DNA from: Laetmonice hystrix
Lineage: Eukaryota
Assembly (NCBI GenBank): GCA_965235115.1
Contig: OZ249436.1
Location: 41,418,001-41,482,000 of the forward strand
Direction: 5' to 3'
Length of the DNA: 64,000 nt
Shown one piece after another: positions 38,254 through 52,011 of the stretch. A model generated the notes under the pieces. It was not told the DNA's origin, ran no database searches, and was given only the letters and a program-made list of their open reading frames with translations. A program made the position numbers and the translations under genes. How positions within the stretch are numbered: the stretch's first letter is position 1; the number at the start of each line of letters is the position of its first letter.

Positions 38254-38276
38254 CACAGAATAGGTAGAGATCTGTG
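38254..38276. mobile_element. 23-bp micro-element with a 7-bp TSD; a similar 24-bp element lies at 25654-25677
   Basis: ATTTAAT-CACAGA...TCTGTG-ATTTAAT. Confidence 0.6.
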
Positions 38277-39819
38277 ATTTAATAGCCTCGGCTCTTCGCT
38301 TGCAAAACGTTTACACGGTGACTTCCAACACAAAGTCAGGGCCGTCCATAGCTGTCCAGCTGTCACGCTGTCCATGCACCATTTAGTGTTTAGGCCTGCC
38401 TGTTCAGGGCAGGTGTGACAGGAATGTAGGTCCCCCTGAAATGCAGGTCCGACGGACCTCCATTCCTAGGAATTGAAGTCCGTAATGCTGTATTATTTAA
38501 ATATTTTTTTAAATCCTATCCCTAATCACACCCCTAACCCTAATTCATTTGAATTTTCTTAATTACATTGTCTTATACCACGAAGTTGATGACCTAGGAC
38601 CTGTATAACTAAGGAATCCAGGTCCGGCGGACCTCCATACCGGAGGACTTACATTCCGTTCACATGTATACCCGATCACTTGCTTTCAAGCGGGGCGGGG
38701 GCGGTGCTAAGGGGGTATATTTTTGAGATAATAAAAAGGAGCTATATAAAAGAGGAGGCATTATTTGGGCAGGAGGACCTCTCTCTTTCTATACAAAAAT
38801 TTAATTTTAATATAGACGTGAAAAACAAGGAACCACTCACAAAAGTGGGTGGAGGGGAAATATCCTTGCCCCCCCCCCACACTTTTTGGGAGACCATGTA
38901 GGCTATCTGGGCCTATATATATAGCCCTCTAGCCTATAGCCTAATATCCTAGCGTTATTCAGAAACATTTTCCTTTATAGAAAAATGTTAACCTCAAACA
39001 GCGGTGCAGTATAGTGGTAGCCTAGGATTTTCAAGACGGTGGGGGGGATGCTATGGAAAAAGGGCACGTTCTCAAACCGCCCCCCCCCCCCCGTGAGTAG
39101 CCTACAGTCAAATAAAAGTGGCATGTAGGCCTATATGCACATGCTCAACAAGGCCGTAGTTAGAAATGTGTGGGGGAAATGTGTGGGGGCAGTCAGGGGC
39201 GGATCCAAGAATTTGGTAAAGGGGGTGCCCCCCCCCCCATGCTGCGAGCGCCGAAGGCGCGAAGCCATGTATGGGGGGTCTGGGGGCCCTCCCCTAGAAA
39301 CAAATTAAAATTACAGTGCCAAATACGCGATATAGACCAGCCTTTATATGGCTATAGCCTAACAGGCCTATAGACAATTGGACATTTAAATTTTAAAAAT
39401 CTTTCGTAAAAATACAAAAAGGCACTTGGGGGAGAGAAAAGGGCACTTGGGGAGAGAGGGGGTGCGCACCCCCTGCACCCCCTGGATCCGCCACTGCTAC
39501 TTTATAGTGGTAGGCCCTGCCCCTATATAGAGGCAATAATAGTAGACCCCTATCCTAAAACAAAAGTTCACGATCATCTATAATAATAATAATAAGACTC
39601 GGTATTTTCTAGAGCCCATTATACCTAATCTGTGTTAGGCCTAGGCCTATGTGTAGGCTTAGGCCTATCCCGCCACCGAACCTCCATAAGGCCCGCCATA
39701 TTTTCGGCAAACTAGGCCTACAGCCATGTGGTACTGCTCTGATGTCGACCTGTATATACAATAAAAGTATACCCACCTCGCGGCAAGCGAGAGTACTAAC
39801 CACCACCCCTCGAACTCAC

Positions 39820-40045
39820 CTTGTAGTTACTGTTGTCCAAGTGTTGTTTTTCGCGTATTTCCAGCAGTACTGGTTAAACCCATGCAAACACAGCCTTTAT
39901 CAAGCGTTGGACCGTGCTCACTGACCGGGACATGCCATTACTGGGGACAATTCCAAATGTGTACTACTGGGTATCTTATTTGGTTCACGTTCGGGAAACC
40001 ACATCATCGAGGTTATCGCCTGCAAGAAGTTGCTATTTATAGAAC
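39820..40045 (-). promoter_or_regulatory. Probable promoter and non-coding first exon of the IRF gene
   Basis: Minus-strand TATAAATA at about 40034-40041; AAG|GTGAGT donor at 39819; the first coding exon has an acceptor that needs an upstream exon. Confidence 0.5.
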
Positions 40046-40769
40046 ACTAGCCACGTGGATAGACCCAGATGTAAACATTGTCGAGATTGCCGAAGCATGC
40101 GGAAGCCATTCGACCAGTGCGTCCCGGTCTACCGGATGGCAAGGCCATAGGCCTACAGCGTTTTGCCAAACGACATCACCACCTCATTACCCGTTTTAAA
40201 TTGTCGCGTTCGGCCTAGGCCTTTAGTATAGGCCTAACAACATAGCGGCGTTTCGCGCGGGAGGGGGGGGGGGGGGGTGTTCCAGGGTGTCAGTGTTGGG
40301 CCCCCTCCCCGCCCCCATCCAAAATCAGGTAGGCCTTTGGTATATGGCTTGCATTGAGGTACACGGCCAGACCCACAAAATACTCCCTCGGCTCAATTAG
40401 CCTAAGTAAACCTCTCCCCCTAAAAAAAAACTTGCGCACGGCCCTGAGCCCCCCCCCCCCCCCCTATTAAATTCCAGACATACGATCTATACCAAATCTC
40501 TCGTTGAGAGTGAAACTCACGCTTTCTGCATCCGCGGCTCACGCTATACTATCACAGCCATGCTAAATTCTCACGCAATCAGACATTCAGAGACCAAAAA
40601 CCTGTCCTGAGATTCAAAGTTTTATGTTTTAGGCATAGAATATTGCACCACTCAGTGAATACCCTATATTAGCATAACTGACCTCTGAAATCCAAGAAAA
40701 TAATGCCTCAAAATGCGTCATTTATTTTATCAAGATTTCTCGAGGTGACGTGCTCGGAACCTCCTCGAA

Positions 40770-41879
40770 TAGCCCAGCAGATATGTCGGTGAATTGTGCC
40801 TTTGATGATAAAAGCATGAGTCTTGGCCCAGAGTTCGATCATGTGTCCTTCACCTTTTGACCTTGGTTTGGTCAAGGTAATCTACATGTATACTAGGCCT
40901 ATAATTAATGTGACAAGCATACAGGACTATATCCGGTGGGCCAATATATTTTGGAACTCTTTTCTTGACAGTAACTTCTATAATTTTGTACCCAATGTCA
41001 TAATATTTGGAACATGATATCATCTGGTTAATTGGGGCATGTGGTACAAATTTCAGATAGGTGCCGTGCAATGACAAAGGGAAGCAAGTCCAACTTTCAT
41101 CAAAATCGACCTAAGTGTAAATTTGGATTCAGGGAAGTAAGTCCTATTTATCAATGGGTGTATTTCTGCTAAACATCCTTCTATGAAGCTACCAGTCACA
41201 TGACAGAAGGAAGCATGTCCATCCAACTGCACTGTAGAGACAACTTGTTTATGTCCATTTCTCGAAACTTGAACTTTTGGACTTGCTTCCTTTTGTCATT
41301 TCACGGCAAAGGAGGAACAAAGTTGTCGAATGGAGTGAACCAATATAGCCCGTCAAATGCAAGAGGTAAAGGTAATACCTAGGGTAAATTACTATGGAAA
41401 CCCAAAGATTGATCTATACTTTATCTTTACTCTATCTTTATTCTTGCAGAAAGGTTTGTCTCTTGCCTCTGATATCATTATCATTCAGTTCTGTAAATAG
41501 TTTACAGTATCTGGAATGTTATATCAAGTGAAACTTTCATGATTTTTTTTCGATAATCAAAGCATTATTCTCTGACCTTGATCTTAGTCAAGGTCATCCG
41601 GGTAATAATGATTGATTCCTAATGATCCTGGGGTAGATATAGGAAGCAAATATCATTATTTCTGTCCCATTAAAATGAACATGTAGTAGATGGAACCTCC
41701 ATAACGTACACCGGCAGCCATTTTGAAAAATGGCCGCCATATTGGATATTGGAAAAATCTGGGATGGCCCTATGTATCTAAAAATCGTTCCTTGGACATG
41801 ACCTAACTCTGTACCAAAACTCATGCTTTTATCATCAAAGGCACAATTCCCCCAAATATTTCACCTGTCTGCTGGACTA
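40770..41879. mobile_element. Academ-like non-autonomous element
   Basis: Termini TAG(C/T)CCAGCAGA...TCTGCTGGACTA; subterminal inverted AATTGTGCCTTTGATGATAAAAGCATGAG; 3-bp TSD GAA. Confidence 0.7.
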
Positions 41880-43669
41880 GAAGTGCCCAACTGCGCTCGC
41901 CAATTCAAAATCTCACTCTTTCAAAATTCTTAAACGTATCCCGGTGAGTTCTATAGGCCTAATATTACGACATATTTTGTGAAATGTGAATTTTCCTGAA
42001 AGAATGAAAGCAAGAAACAAAGAAATGATAATAATATATAAGCTAGGCCTTATTGAATAGAACATCTGCACTATTCGCCTTATACAATCATAGATCTGTG
42101 TGGTTGACATCAGCGATTATGTCTCTGCCTCCGGAGTTCATATTAATGATATATTGATAATACAATGCTAATTGTTCTCTGAATTCTGACGTTAATTATA
42201 CCTGCATGCAGTATAATATGCTCATATTATGAGCCTACAGTATACGATAAATGAAGGGACCCGGAGTTGGTAAAGAGTATAACATCGCTCGGGTCAAAGG
42301 TGGACGTTCAAGTTTGGAGGAGAACCGAACGGATTAAGCCTTGTACACATGTAGCGTTTTTGTGGCAGCGGTAACCGCAGCGGCAACGGCAACGGCAGCG
42401 GCAACGGCCATGCGGCAATGAGTGTACACATGTAAAGCTGTGTACACAATGTAGCGTTTTTACGTCAACGGCAACGATAATTCGGCAATGCGGCAGCGGC
42501 CAAAAAAAATCGCCAAAATACTGTGGGGCGTTGCCGGACGGTCTGCATGCGAAGACGGCAAAAATCGCTTCTCGGGCGATTTGAATTTTGGCCGCTGCCG
42601 CATTGCCGCATTATCGTTGCCGTTGACGCAAAAACGTAAAGCCGTGTACACATGTTAGTCGGAGCCCCAGACCCCAAAAATGGCATTTTTTCGACACGGA
42701 AGGGTAGAAAATTTCCAATGGTACTAGATGAAAGAGAAACCCATGGTGGTTTATGCATCAGGGTTAAAAAGGTCCAGATGTTGTTGCCGTTGCCATGGAA
42801 ACGGTTTAGAACTTGGTTTTGGGCCAAAATTTACTAAATTCACTTTTTATTAAATAATTCTGGAACAAAGATTCACATTTTAACCAAACCTTGTAGGATG
42901 CTGGTTAGAGAAATGCTCCTCCAGAATGTTCTTGCTTTTGACCTTTGACCCCAAGGTCAAGGTCACCGGAACTCAAAGAATGGCTAAAAAATGGGGTATT
43001 TTAAACATATGACTTAGGACAGTTTCAAAATGATATAGAAAAAAATGACAGAGACTATTTTGGTGTATGCCATTGGAAAGAGGAGACGATTCTGCTTTAG
43101 TGTACCAAATATTTTCCAGATCTGTGCATATTTACCTCTGTTACCAGTTGTTTCATTACATAGCTGCATAGTGCCCATATCATCATTATGCCTATATCGT
43201 CCAGGTTTTGCATGGATCTAGTGTGGAGGGTAAGTCCACTCAGACCAAAGAATCGTTTTGTGATAAAGTCATGAAATTTGGCATGTGTGTGTATACATTA
43301 ACATGTGACCTAGACCAATTGGCATAAAAAAAATGGGGGCTGTTTTTGGTTCCTGGTGCCTAGCAACAGTAGCATGCTTAGCAACCAGCTTTTTATATGG
43401 CTCCATGGAGAAAAGAAAACACTTATCTTGACTAAAGTGATATTAGGGGTTCATGTGGTCACATCAGTCATTTCGTAATACCAGCCCGTTGCCTAGCAAC
43501 ATACATGAATAATGAAATTTCCTTAGCAACGGGCTGCTCCAACCTAATATATATAGATTTAAGAAGAAAAACCAGCACAAATCAGTGTCCAGCATTTCAT
43601 TGCTTATATATCTAGTCAGGTAGAATGTTACTGTTGCCTAGCAATAAGGTATGATGCCCCACCTGAGAT

Positions 43670-44900
43670 TTTTAGCCCCCACAACGGGGGGCTTATAATT
43701 CACCCTCCGTCCGTCCGTCCGTCCGTCCGTCCGTACGGACGTACATGTACGTGTCCGTAGACAGCGATTTCTCAGAAGTGTATAGGTCGATTATTTTGAA
43801 ACTTCACACAATGATCAGGGATGATCTGAGTATGATGCACGTCAAAGAGATCTTGTTTTATATCATTCACATTCACATCGTTTACATCCAAGATGGCTGG
43901 CGGCCATCTTGGATGTAAACACATTTTGCGTAATAACTCAGCCAAAACAATCACGATTTCTTTCAAACCTGGTGCAGGGTGGACGCATAATCATGGCCAA
44001 TAATGCATCGCAATGTAATCTCAATTCAGATCCAAAATGGCCACATGGCGGCCATATTTGTTTCTTGACCCCACAATGACACTGTTTTGGCTTATATCTC
44101 GAAAACAGTGCAAGATGACACAATAGTTACTATTATTGATACATAGGAAGTCATTATCAAGTTTCATTTGGCGCCATTTTCCATGACCTTGAGTGACCTT
44201 GAACGGTCAATCAAGGTCATGCATATTTTTAATAGCCTGGATCTTCAAAACGGTTGAAGATAACGACATAATCTTGCATACAACATTACATAATGATCAG
44301 GAACAGTCCAAGGATGAGGCAGGTCAAAGATATTTTTGACATCAGTCAAAATGGCCGCGTGGTGTTAATCTTGGATATTAACACATTTGGAGTAATAACC
44401 CAGACAAAACGATTCTGATTTATTTCAAATTTGGTGGAAAGAAGGTGCATATAAGGGGCAATGTATATGCCAATGTATTCCCAGATCAGAGCAAATATGG
44501 AGACATGGCGGCCATAATAATATTTTTACTCCCCCCAATAACACTGTTTTGGCTCATATCTCGCAAACGGTGCAAGACAAGGCAATAGTTACCATTATTG
44601 ACAGATAGGAAGTCATATATGAAGTTTCATTTGGCATCATTTTCCATGACCTTGGGCGACCTTGAAAGGTCAATCAAGGTCATGCATATTTAACCTCCAA
44701 ACCAGTTGAAGATAACATGTAATCTTGCATGAAACATTACATAATAACCTGGGACAGTCTAAGGAGGACACTTGTCAAACATATCATTAAAAATGGCTGC
44801 TTAGTGGCCATCTTGGCTATAAAGCAATAACTCTGACATTTTCTGGATTTCGTTCTTGGTGACAGAAGGCATGAGGGGCAACAACCGTGCCAAAAGTACG
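43670..44900 (+). mobile_element. Helentron-associated (HINE/pearl-like) element
   Basis: Inserted in a T run; starts TTTTTAGCCCCC..GGGGGCT; (GTCC)n microsatellite; tandem cores of about 465 bp with ATGACCTTG/CAAGGTCAT palindromes. Confidence 0.6.
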
Positions 44901-45056
44901 CATAGTTCCTGGACCCACAGATATTAGACCATTTTCAACCACACAAACACAATATTCCTTTGTAGAAAAACTTTATTTCTACTAGCCAACTCGTGACAAA
45001 GTCGGAAGCTGCAATATCATTACACCCAGTAAATAATACACGAGTTGACCTCTCAT

Positions 45057-45359
45057 ATATCCAACACATAATCTGACCTTCAACAAAGCTACTCCCCCGA
45101 AACTTCGGGGATGAGCAGCTTTACTTTGCATTTGACACAAGAAAGTGACCTAACTTGACCGTTTCAAGTTTTAGTGTTTACTACGTCAAACCTTACATGG
45201 GAAATTTATATCCAACACATAATCTGACCTTCAACAAAGCTACTCCCCCGAAACTTCGGGGATGAGCAGCTTTACTTTGCATTTGACACAAGAAAGTGAC
45301 CTAACTTGACCGTTCTCAAGTTTTAGTGTTTACTACGTCAAACCTTACATGGGAAATTT
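45057..45359. repeat. Direct tandem duplication of about 151 bp containing the hairpin TCCCCCGAAACTTCGGGGA
   Basis: Two near-identical adjacent copies. Confidence 0.85.
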
Positions 45360-48300
45360 TGGGGGGATCAATTTTGACCCCCCCTTTCAATTGTACAAAA
45401 TTCTACCTTACTCCTAGAGATTAGGGCCCGAACCCGCCAACCGGATGATACAATCATCCCGGGCCCCCTAAAAAAAACAACAACCTAACATACCTAAACA
45501 AAAGGGATCAGGTTTTCGTTTGACCCCTAAAACGGATAACCCCAAATAAGGAAAACCGTCCGTACACCAAGACCACATGAAGACACATAATGAGGATATT
45601 CATTGAAGAAAAGTCTATTGCTGAAACGTTGACATCCTTTATACTAGAAGGAGGGCATATGATTTTTACCAAGAGTAGGAGGATATCCGCTGAATCCATG
45701 GGTCCAGGACAGTATCTGACAGGGAAGAAATGTTCTGCACCCCCGCTGCTGCGGAAGCCCAAGACGCCAGCCCTCCTGCTTGTCCTGACTGCACCCCTCC
45801 AATTGACAGCACCTGGTGGAAGTCAACTTGAAACTATGAATCCGTTTATCCCATTTAACTCGAATTCACGAGCCTGCTAAATCTGAACTCGGCTACAAGT
45901 AGAAGTCGTCCCCACAGCTGCGGGAAGACAACTGCAACACTAATGGGCACCTGGCGTAAGTCACATGAACCCATATATAAGGTCTGCTAATACTGAGGAA
46001 TGATGACATAAGAATAAGCAATCCTCTGCATGGGCGACAGGACACACTTTGTTCCTGCAGTGCTTCAGTGCCCCCACAGCCGCGGGAAGACAACGCTAGC
46101 CTGATGGTACGTGACGTAAGACAACTTAAAACTATGACGACGTCCATCCCATAACTTGACTACATGAGCATAATCAGCATAACAGTGATACAAAAGTCGC
46201 AGTCCTCTCAGGAGGAGAAAATTCTGTCCCCGAATTGCCCCAGGTACCCCGGTAACTCGAAATGATAAGCTTGCTGAATCTGAACTCGGCTACAAGTAGA
46301 AGTCGTCCCCACAGCCGCGGGAAGACAACTGTAGCTTGACGGGTACCTGGCGTAAGTCACATGGACCTGCTAATACTGAGGAATTCTGACATAAGAATCA
46401 GCAATCCTCTGGCCGACAGGACACACTTTGTTCACACAGTGCTTCATTGCCCCCACAGCCGCGGGAAGACAACTTTAGCCTGATGGTACGTGGCAACTCG
46501 GTCAAATCAAGGACCTGTTGAATCTTAATCTACCACTAAAATTAAAGCAGTTCCCACAGCTGCGGGAATACAACCTTGGCCCGATGGCACGTAAGACAAC
46601 ATGAGATCATTGGTCCGTTAAATCGGGTATCTGCTGATATGAGAAGTAGCCCCATTTTGCTGCCGAAACACAACTCTGTCATGGAACGCTTCTGGTAGCG
46701 CAACAAGAATCCGAGGGCTTATTAAATTTAAACTCTGGCACAAGAAGAACCAGTCTCCACATCCCTGGGAAGGCTACCCGAACTTGCTAGGATAAGCCAA
46801 GTTGAAACCAATATGGTCCATTACATCTCATATTCGCGGACTGCTGAAAACTTCCTTGGTTTGATGATTTGGAACAACCGGGCGTCATTAACCTCTTCCC
46901 TTGTCTTCCAGAGTCAGTTGAACACCACCGAATTAGGTCCAACCCAACCGTCATTCATCCTCATTTTTGCACCTGAATGATATAAATAGACACACCTACA
47001 CCAATTGATTATACCATATGACTATACCAGCCATAACCCCTCCAGAATCATGCACACACCTTAGAAAAGCATATATGCACATAATAAAAACATCTATATA
47101 GACATACAAACTGAGACAGGCCTCAGCCCAATTATAACCACAGAATCCCAGCAACAAATTAATAAAACAATGACGGACTACCCAAAGCCAGGCCATAAAA
47201 ATGGTATCAGGAAACGACAAATTGTAAGATTCGTTGCAGACACAAAGCTTACCAGCACCCAAAATACAAGGGTCATAAAGCGGGACACGTCATAACCTTA
47301 CAGCAAGACAAGATAGGCTACAACTTCAAACATCGACAAATATTATGGAAGCAACATGTAAAATTATATAGGCCTAAGTCTACCAAGGTCTAACCTGTAG
47401 ATTATACGCGTTGGCTGCTTTCTGGAAACCTGGTTAATAGAAAATCCTATTTGACATTAAATTCAAGTAGGGCCTAAAACAGGCACATTCAAAATATAAA
47501 ATGACTTCATACACCGAAGAACCTTTACCTAAGTGAAGAACCTTGCAGCTAGTCAAAGAACGCATTCCGAGCACATGGTTATTTGAAGAACTATGTGTCC
47601 CCACGACGAATCCTTCCGGAACGGTCATTTTTTAGAGTGCATAATGGAACTTTGATAATTGTTGTGCCAGCCACGGATTTGGCACCGTTTTAGCAACGCA
47701 ACCAACATACCTGCACAATTACCTATGCCCCTGAAGGAACATAAAATTAATATAACGGTTTTGACCCCGAAACATATCCAGAATCTATCAAAAGCCACAT
47801 CTCGTTACCCGAAGAACGAAGCACCCTTCCCAAAGAAAGAAGCAACCAAAGACTGATATTTTATGAACGCTATATTGTAGAAGTGAACTGAATATGAAAG
47901 GTCAATACATAATAACTAGGAATTGGGAAGTGGTGCCGTGTATAAACCCAAAGAATAACATTGATTGAAGACAAATTAAGCATTGGTTCCCATAGGGACA
48001 AAAATCTGAGAAGCTGGACGTAGTCACTCCTCAATTTCCGACAATTTCTGTCCAATATAACGTTTAATGGACAGTCCTGGACAGGCAAAGGCTGAACAAT
48101 TGATAATAAGCGATTTCAGCATTGCAACCGCACAGTGCATTGTGGGATGGGTGGTGTGTTTTGGCTACCAGACAAGCCACGCGCTCTCGCAGCTACCCCT
48201 GAGTACCCAACGAACCATGACTCGCACGACCACCAAACAAACCATGCGCACTTCGCAATGCTAAAACCGCCTATAGTAAGAAACAAAAACATAATGAAGA

Positions 48301-48699
48301 CTGAGAAACTTTCTGGAAGCGAGGCCTTTGATGGTGTAACTGTTGAAAAGTAAGATTTAAAATCCGAAAACTCTCGCCTGTGAACCGTCAGGAAGAACAA
48401 GAATAAACACAATCCTGGGAGTAGAAAACCAAGTGTTGTTAAAACGAGTACGACACAATGTCACCCGACGAACCCAGTCAAGTGTGACCAGCACCTGTGA
48501 AGGGTAACATATGAAGGGTAACTCCCGTAGTCGTGGTATTACACCCAAGGCAACTTCTGACCACCCTACACGGTACTATGGGTCACTGCCATAATTAATC
48601 AAATTTTCTTTGGCAAACACCGAACACCCTTATAATCATAAACTTTGACCTGAGAGGCACCTTTATAACAATTCGTTACGTCCAAGACATCACACCAAA

Positions 48700-50450
48700 A
48701 GGTCATATTCATAATAATAACCATGCCCTGGCATACCACACCCAAGAGCCGCCGTCCTGATAATAAACTGTGATCTGGCATACCCCAGCAAAAGGTCACA
48801 TTCATGACAATAAACTATGTCCTGGAATAACACACCTAAGGGTCATCATCATAACAATAACCATGACCAGGCATACCACACCTAAGGGCCGTCATCATAA
48901 CAATAAACCATGACCAGGCATACCACACCTAAGGGCCGTCATCATAACAATAAACCAAGACCCGGCATACCACACCTAAGGGCCGTTATCATAACAATAA
49001 ACCATGACCAGGCATACCACACCTAAGGGCCGTTATCATAACAATAAACCATGACCTGGCACACCACACCTAAAGGCCGTCATCATAACAATAAACCATG
49101 ACCAGGCATACCACACCTAAGGGCCATCTTCATAACAATAAACCATGACCTGGCATACCACACCAAACGGTCACACTCATAATAATAAGCTATGCCCTGA
49201 CATATGACAATAAACTATGACATGGCATACCACACCAAACTGTACATTCATAATAATAAGCTATGGCCTGACATATGACAATAAACTATGACCTGGCATA
49301 CCACCAAACTGTACATTCATAATAATAAGCTATGCCCTGACATATGACAATAAACTATGACATGGCATACCACACCAAACTGTACATTCATAATAATAAG
49401 CTATGCCCTGACATATGACAATAAACTATGACCTGGCATACCACCAAACTGTACATTCATAATAATAAGCTATGCCCTGACATATGACAATAAACTATGA
49501 CATGGCATACCACACCAAACTGTACATTCATAATAATAAGCTATGCCCTACATATGACAATAACCTATGACCTGGCATACCACCAAACTGTACATTCATA
49601 ATAATAAGCTATGCCCTGACATATGACATTAAACTATGACCTGGCATACCACCAAACTGTACATTCATAATAATAAGCTATGGCCTGACATATGACAAAA
49701 AACTATGACCTGGCATACCACACCAAACCCATACATTCATAATAATAAACTATGGCCTGACATATGGCAATAAACTATGACCTGGCATACCACACCAAAC
49801 TATATTTATAATAATAAACTATGGCCTGACATATGACAATAAACTATGACCTGGCATACACACCAAACTATATTCATAATAATAAACTATGGCCTGACAT
49901 ATGACAATAAACTATGACCTGGCATACACACCAAACTGTATATTCATAAACTATGCTCCGACATACTACAACTAATGACCACCATCATAACAATAAACTA
50001 ATGTCTCCTCAGATACCAAGACCATGACCAGTATCAGAATAAACTATGCATTAACATAGACCTCATGACTCCTATCATAATAATGAACCCTGAGCTGGCA
50101 TACTACAAGTAATGACCACCATCACAATAACTTTTCTGTGACATACCGCACCAAAAACCACATTCATAAAAACCCATGCCCTGACATACCACACCAAGAG
50201 CCACATTCCAAATCATAAACTACACCCCGGCATGCCACACCCAAGGGCTACCCCCATAGAAACTATGGCCATCATAATACCAAAACCCTATGGTATGACA
50301 TAAAACTAACGACCACCATCACAATAATGCACTACGCCCCGGTATACCACACAAGGTCACATCCAAAAGAAACTAGTCACTGGCATACCACAGCAAAGGC
50401 TACCACTATAAAACTAATGGCGCAAGATACGAAATAAGGCATGCCCTGGC
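48700..50450. repeat. Compound minisatellite: 48-bp units (about 48840-49170) followed by 70-72 bp units (about 49180-49950), with degenerate flanks
   Basis: Shared core ACAATAAAC(C/T)ATGACC(A/T)GGCATACCACACC. Confidence 0.9.
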
Positions 50451-50888
50451 CTACCTAAACAACGACCAATATTATTCACAACATAAGATATCAATTAAAC
50501 TTAGCTTCAAGTCCACGCTCGATCTCAACTTCACACACGACGCCTGCAAAATTCGTCCAGCCTCTCGTCTGTCGTATTCTAAAATGGTCGACTCCGAAAA
50601 AGGAAACTCGATTTATAGCTGGCGGCCCGACACACCAAGTACTTGACCCGTTGGTAGCAAGCACACCTCAACAATGGTTATGTAACATTGTTCGTGTGGG
50701 TTGAAAATGCCATTTCGCCTGGGCGAAATTCGGTTTTCCAAGTAACTCCCAAGACGCCTGGTTGTTGCTAGGTCTGTGAAGCGCACCCTAGCACGCGTTC
50801 TTACTGTGTGTGTCAGTTAGACTTATTGTCCAGATTAAGTACAGATTTTGTTGGGTTTTGTGCATTGTGAGATACAATCTTAAGCCAA

Positions 50889-51020
50889 ATGGATAAGTTC
50901 GATAAATGGATGAAAAAGTACCTACAGGAGCGTGGAGTTGCCGTCACAGGGCACAAGAACTTGAAGAAGGGAACTTTAGTTTCTCTTTGCAAGAGTTTTT
51001 CAGAACAGAACTTGGACGTG
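50889..51020 (+). pseudogene. Fragment of a SAP-like N-terminus of a transposon accessory protein (ISL2EU/YqaJ type)
   Basis: MDKFDKWMKKYLQERGVAVTGHKNLKKGTLVSLC resembles the W...KxYLxxRG...KxxLVxL pattern; truncated by a MITE-like sequence. Confidence 0.4.
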
Positions 51021-51153
51021 CATGGCCGTGCCCAAGGGGGGTTTTGGGTGTCCCCCCTGGGTGCCAAAGATTAGCACTAGCCTGTTGCCTAGCAACAGAT
51101 ATGCAGTCTGAAATTCCCTTAGCAACGGTCTGCTCTAACCTCATAGGCTGTAG

Positions 51154-52011
51154 CAGGGTGCCAAGTGCCCCTAAAATTCGTAAAGGAATTTTGCTCCGCC
51201 CTAAAAATTGCTAATTTGAGCCATTTTTTCCTAAATTCCTAAATTTGTCTGTTTCAAATGGGTGTCCGACCACAAACGTGAGCGCCATTCAAAGTTGACG
51301 TGCAACAGAGCCATGCCTTTAGACCTAGCATCAGGTCAGAATGGCATAGTGCTTTGATGGTCAGTTCATGGAAGGTATTGTGCACGTCAACTTTGCTGAT
51401 GGTCGTTTAATGACTGTAAGTATCCTTTATAGTCTGTTCCAGAGGGGTCAGGTAAGACTGGATGTCTCAGCTGAGCTTCATTTCACACGTTCGAGTAACC
51501 CAGACCTGCCAACTGCTAGGCATTTGGCGTATTTGGTATGCATTTGACACTCCAACTACGCTGCTACGCTCAGTCCTTCATATCCTACACAAAAAAACCT
51601 CTAGAGATGGCTATTTACCGTAAAAATCACCTTTTCACCTATGTTAGGCATCACTTTCTGCTCAAAATACATCTGAAATAACCCTTAATTTCATTTTTTT
51701 CGGGGGTGGCTCCCCATATCCCCCAGCAGAAGGGGGATATCCCCCTCCCGTACCTAACCCTGCGTCCTGGCACGCGGCACGTGCCCTGACTGTGCCACTT
51801 TGGGGCATGGGGCTGAGTGTTGCTACGCAAAAAAAAGAGGTAATGTTGGCAGGTCTGGTAACCTAGTGAATTCATATAAATTCTCCAGAAATTTGGCTAC
51901 GATAGGTTGAAACTAGTTCCTAAAAATTCCTAAACCTATGGGAAAATCCCCTAATTCCTAAGGGTGAGCCAAAATCCCCTAAAAAGTTCTCTGAGGTGGA
52001 TTCACACCCTG
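51154..52011. mobile_element. hAT/P-like MITE (CAGGGTG...CACCCTG) containing another insertion at about 51440-51862
   Basis: Inverted termini; CTGTA(G/A) on both flanks; interrupts the left foldback arm. Confidence 0.6.
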
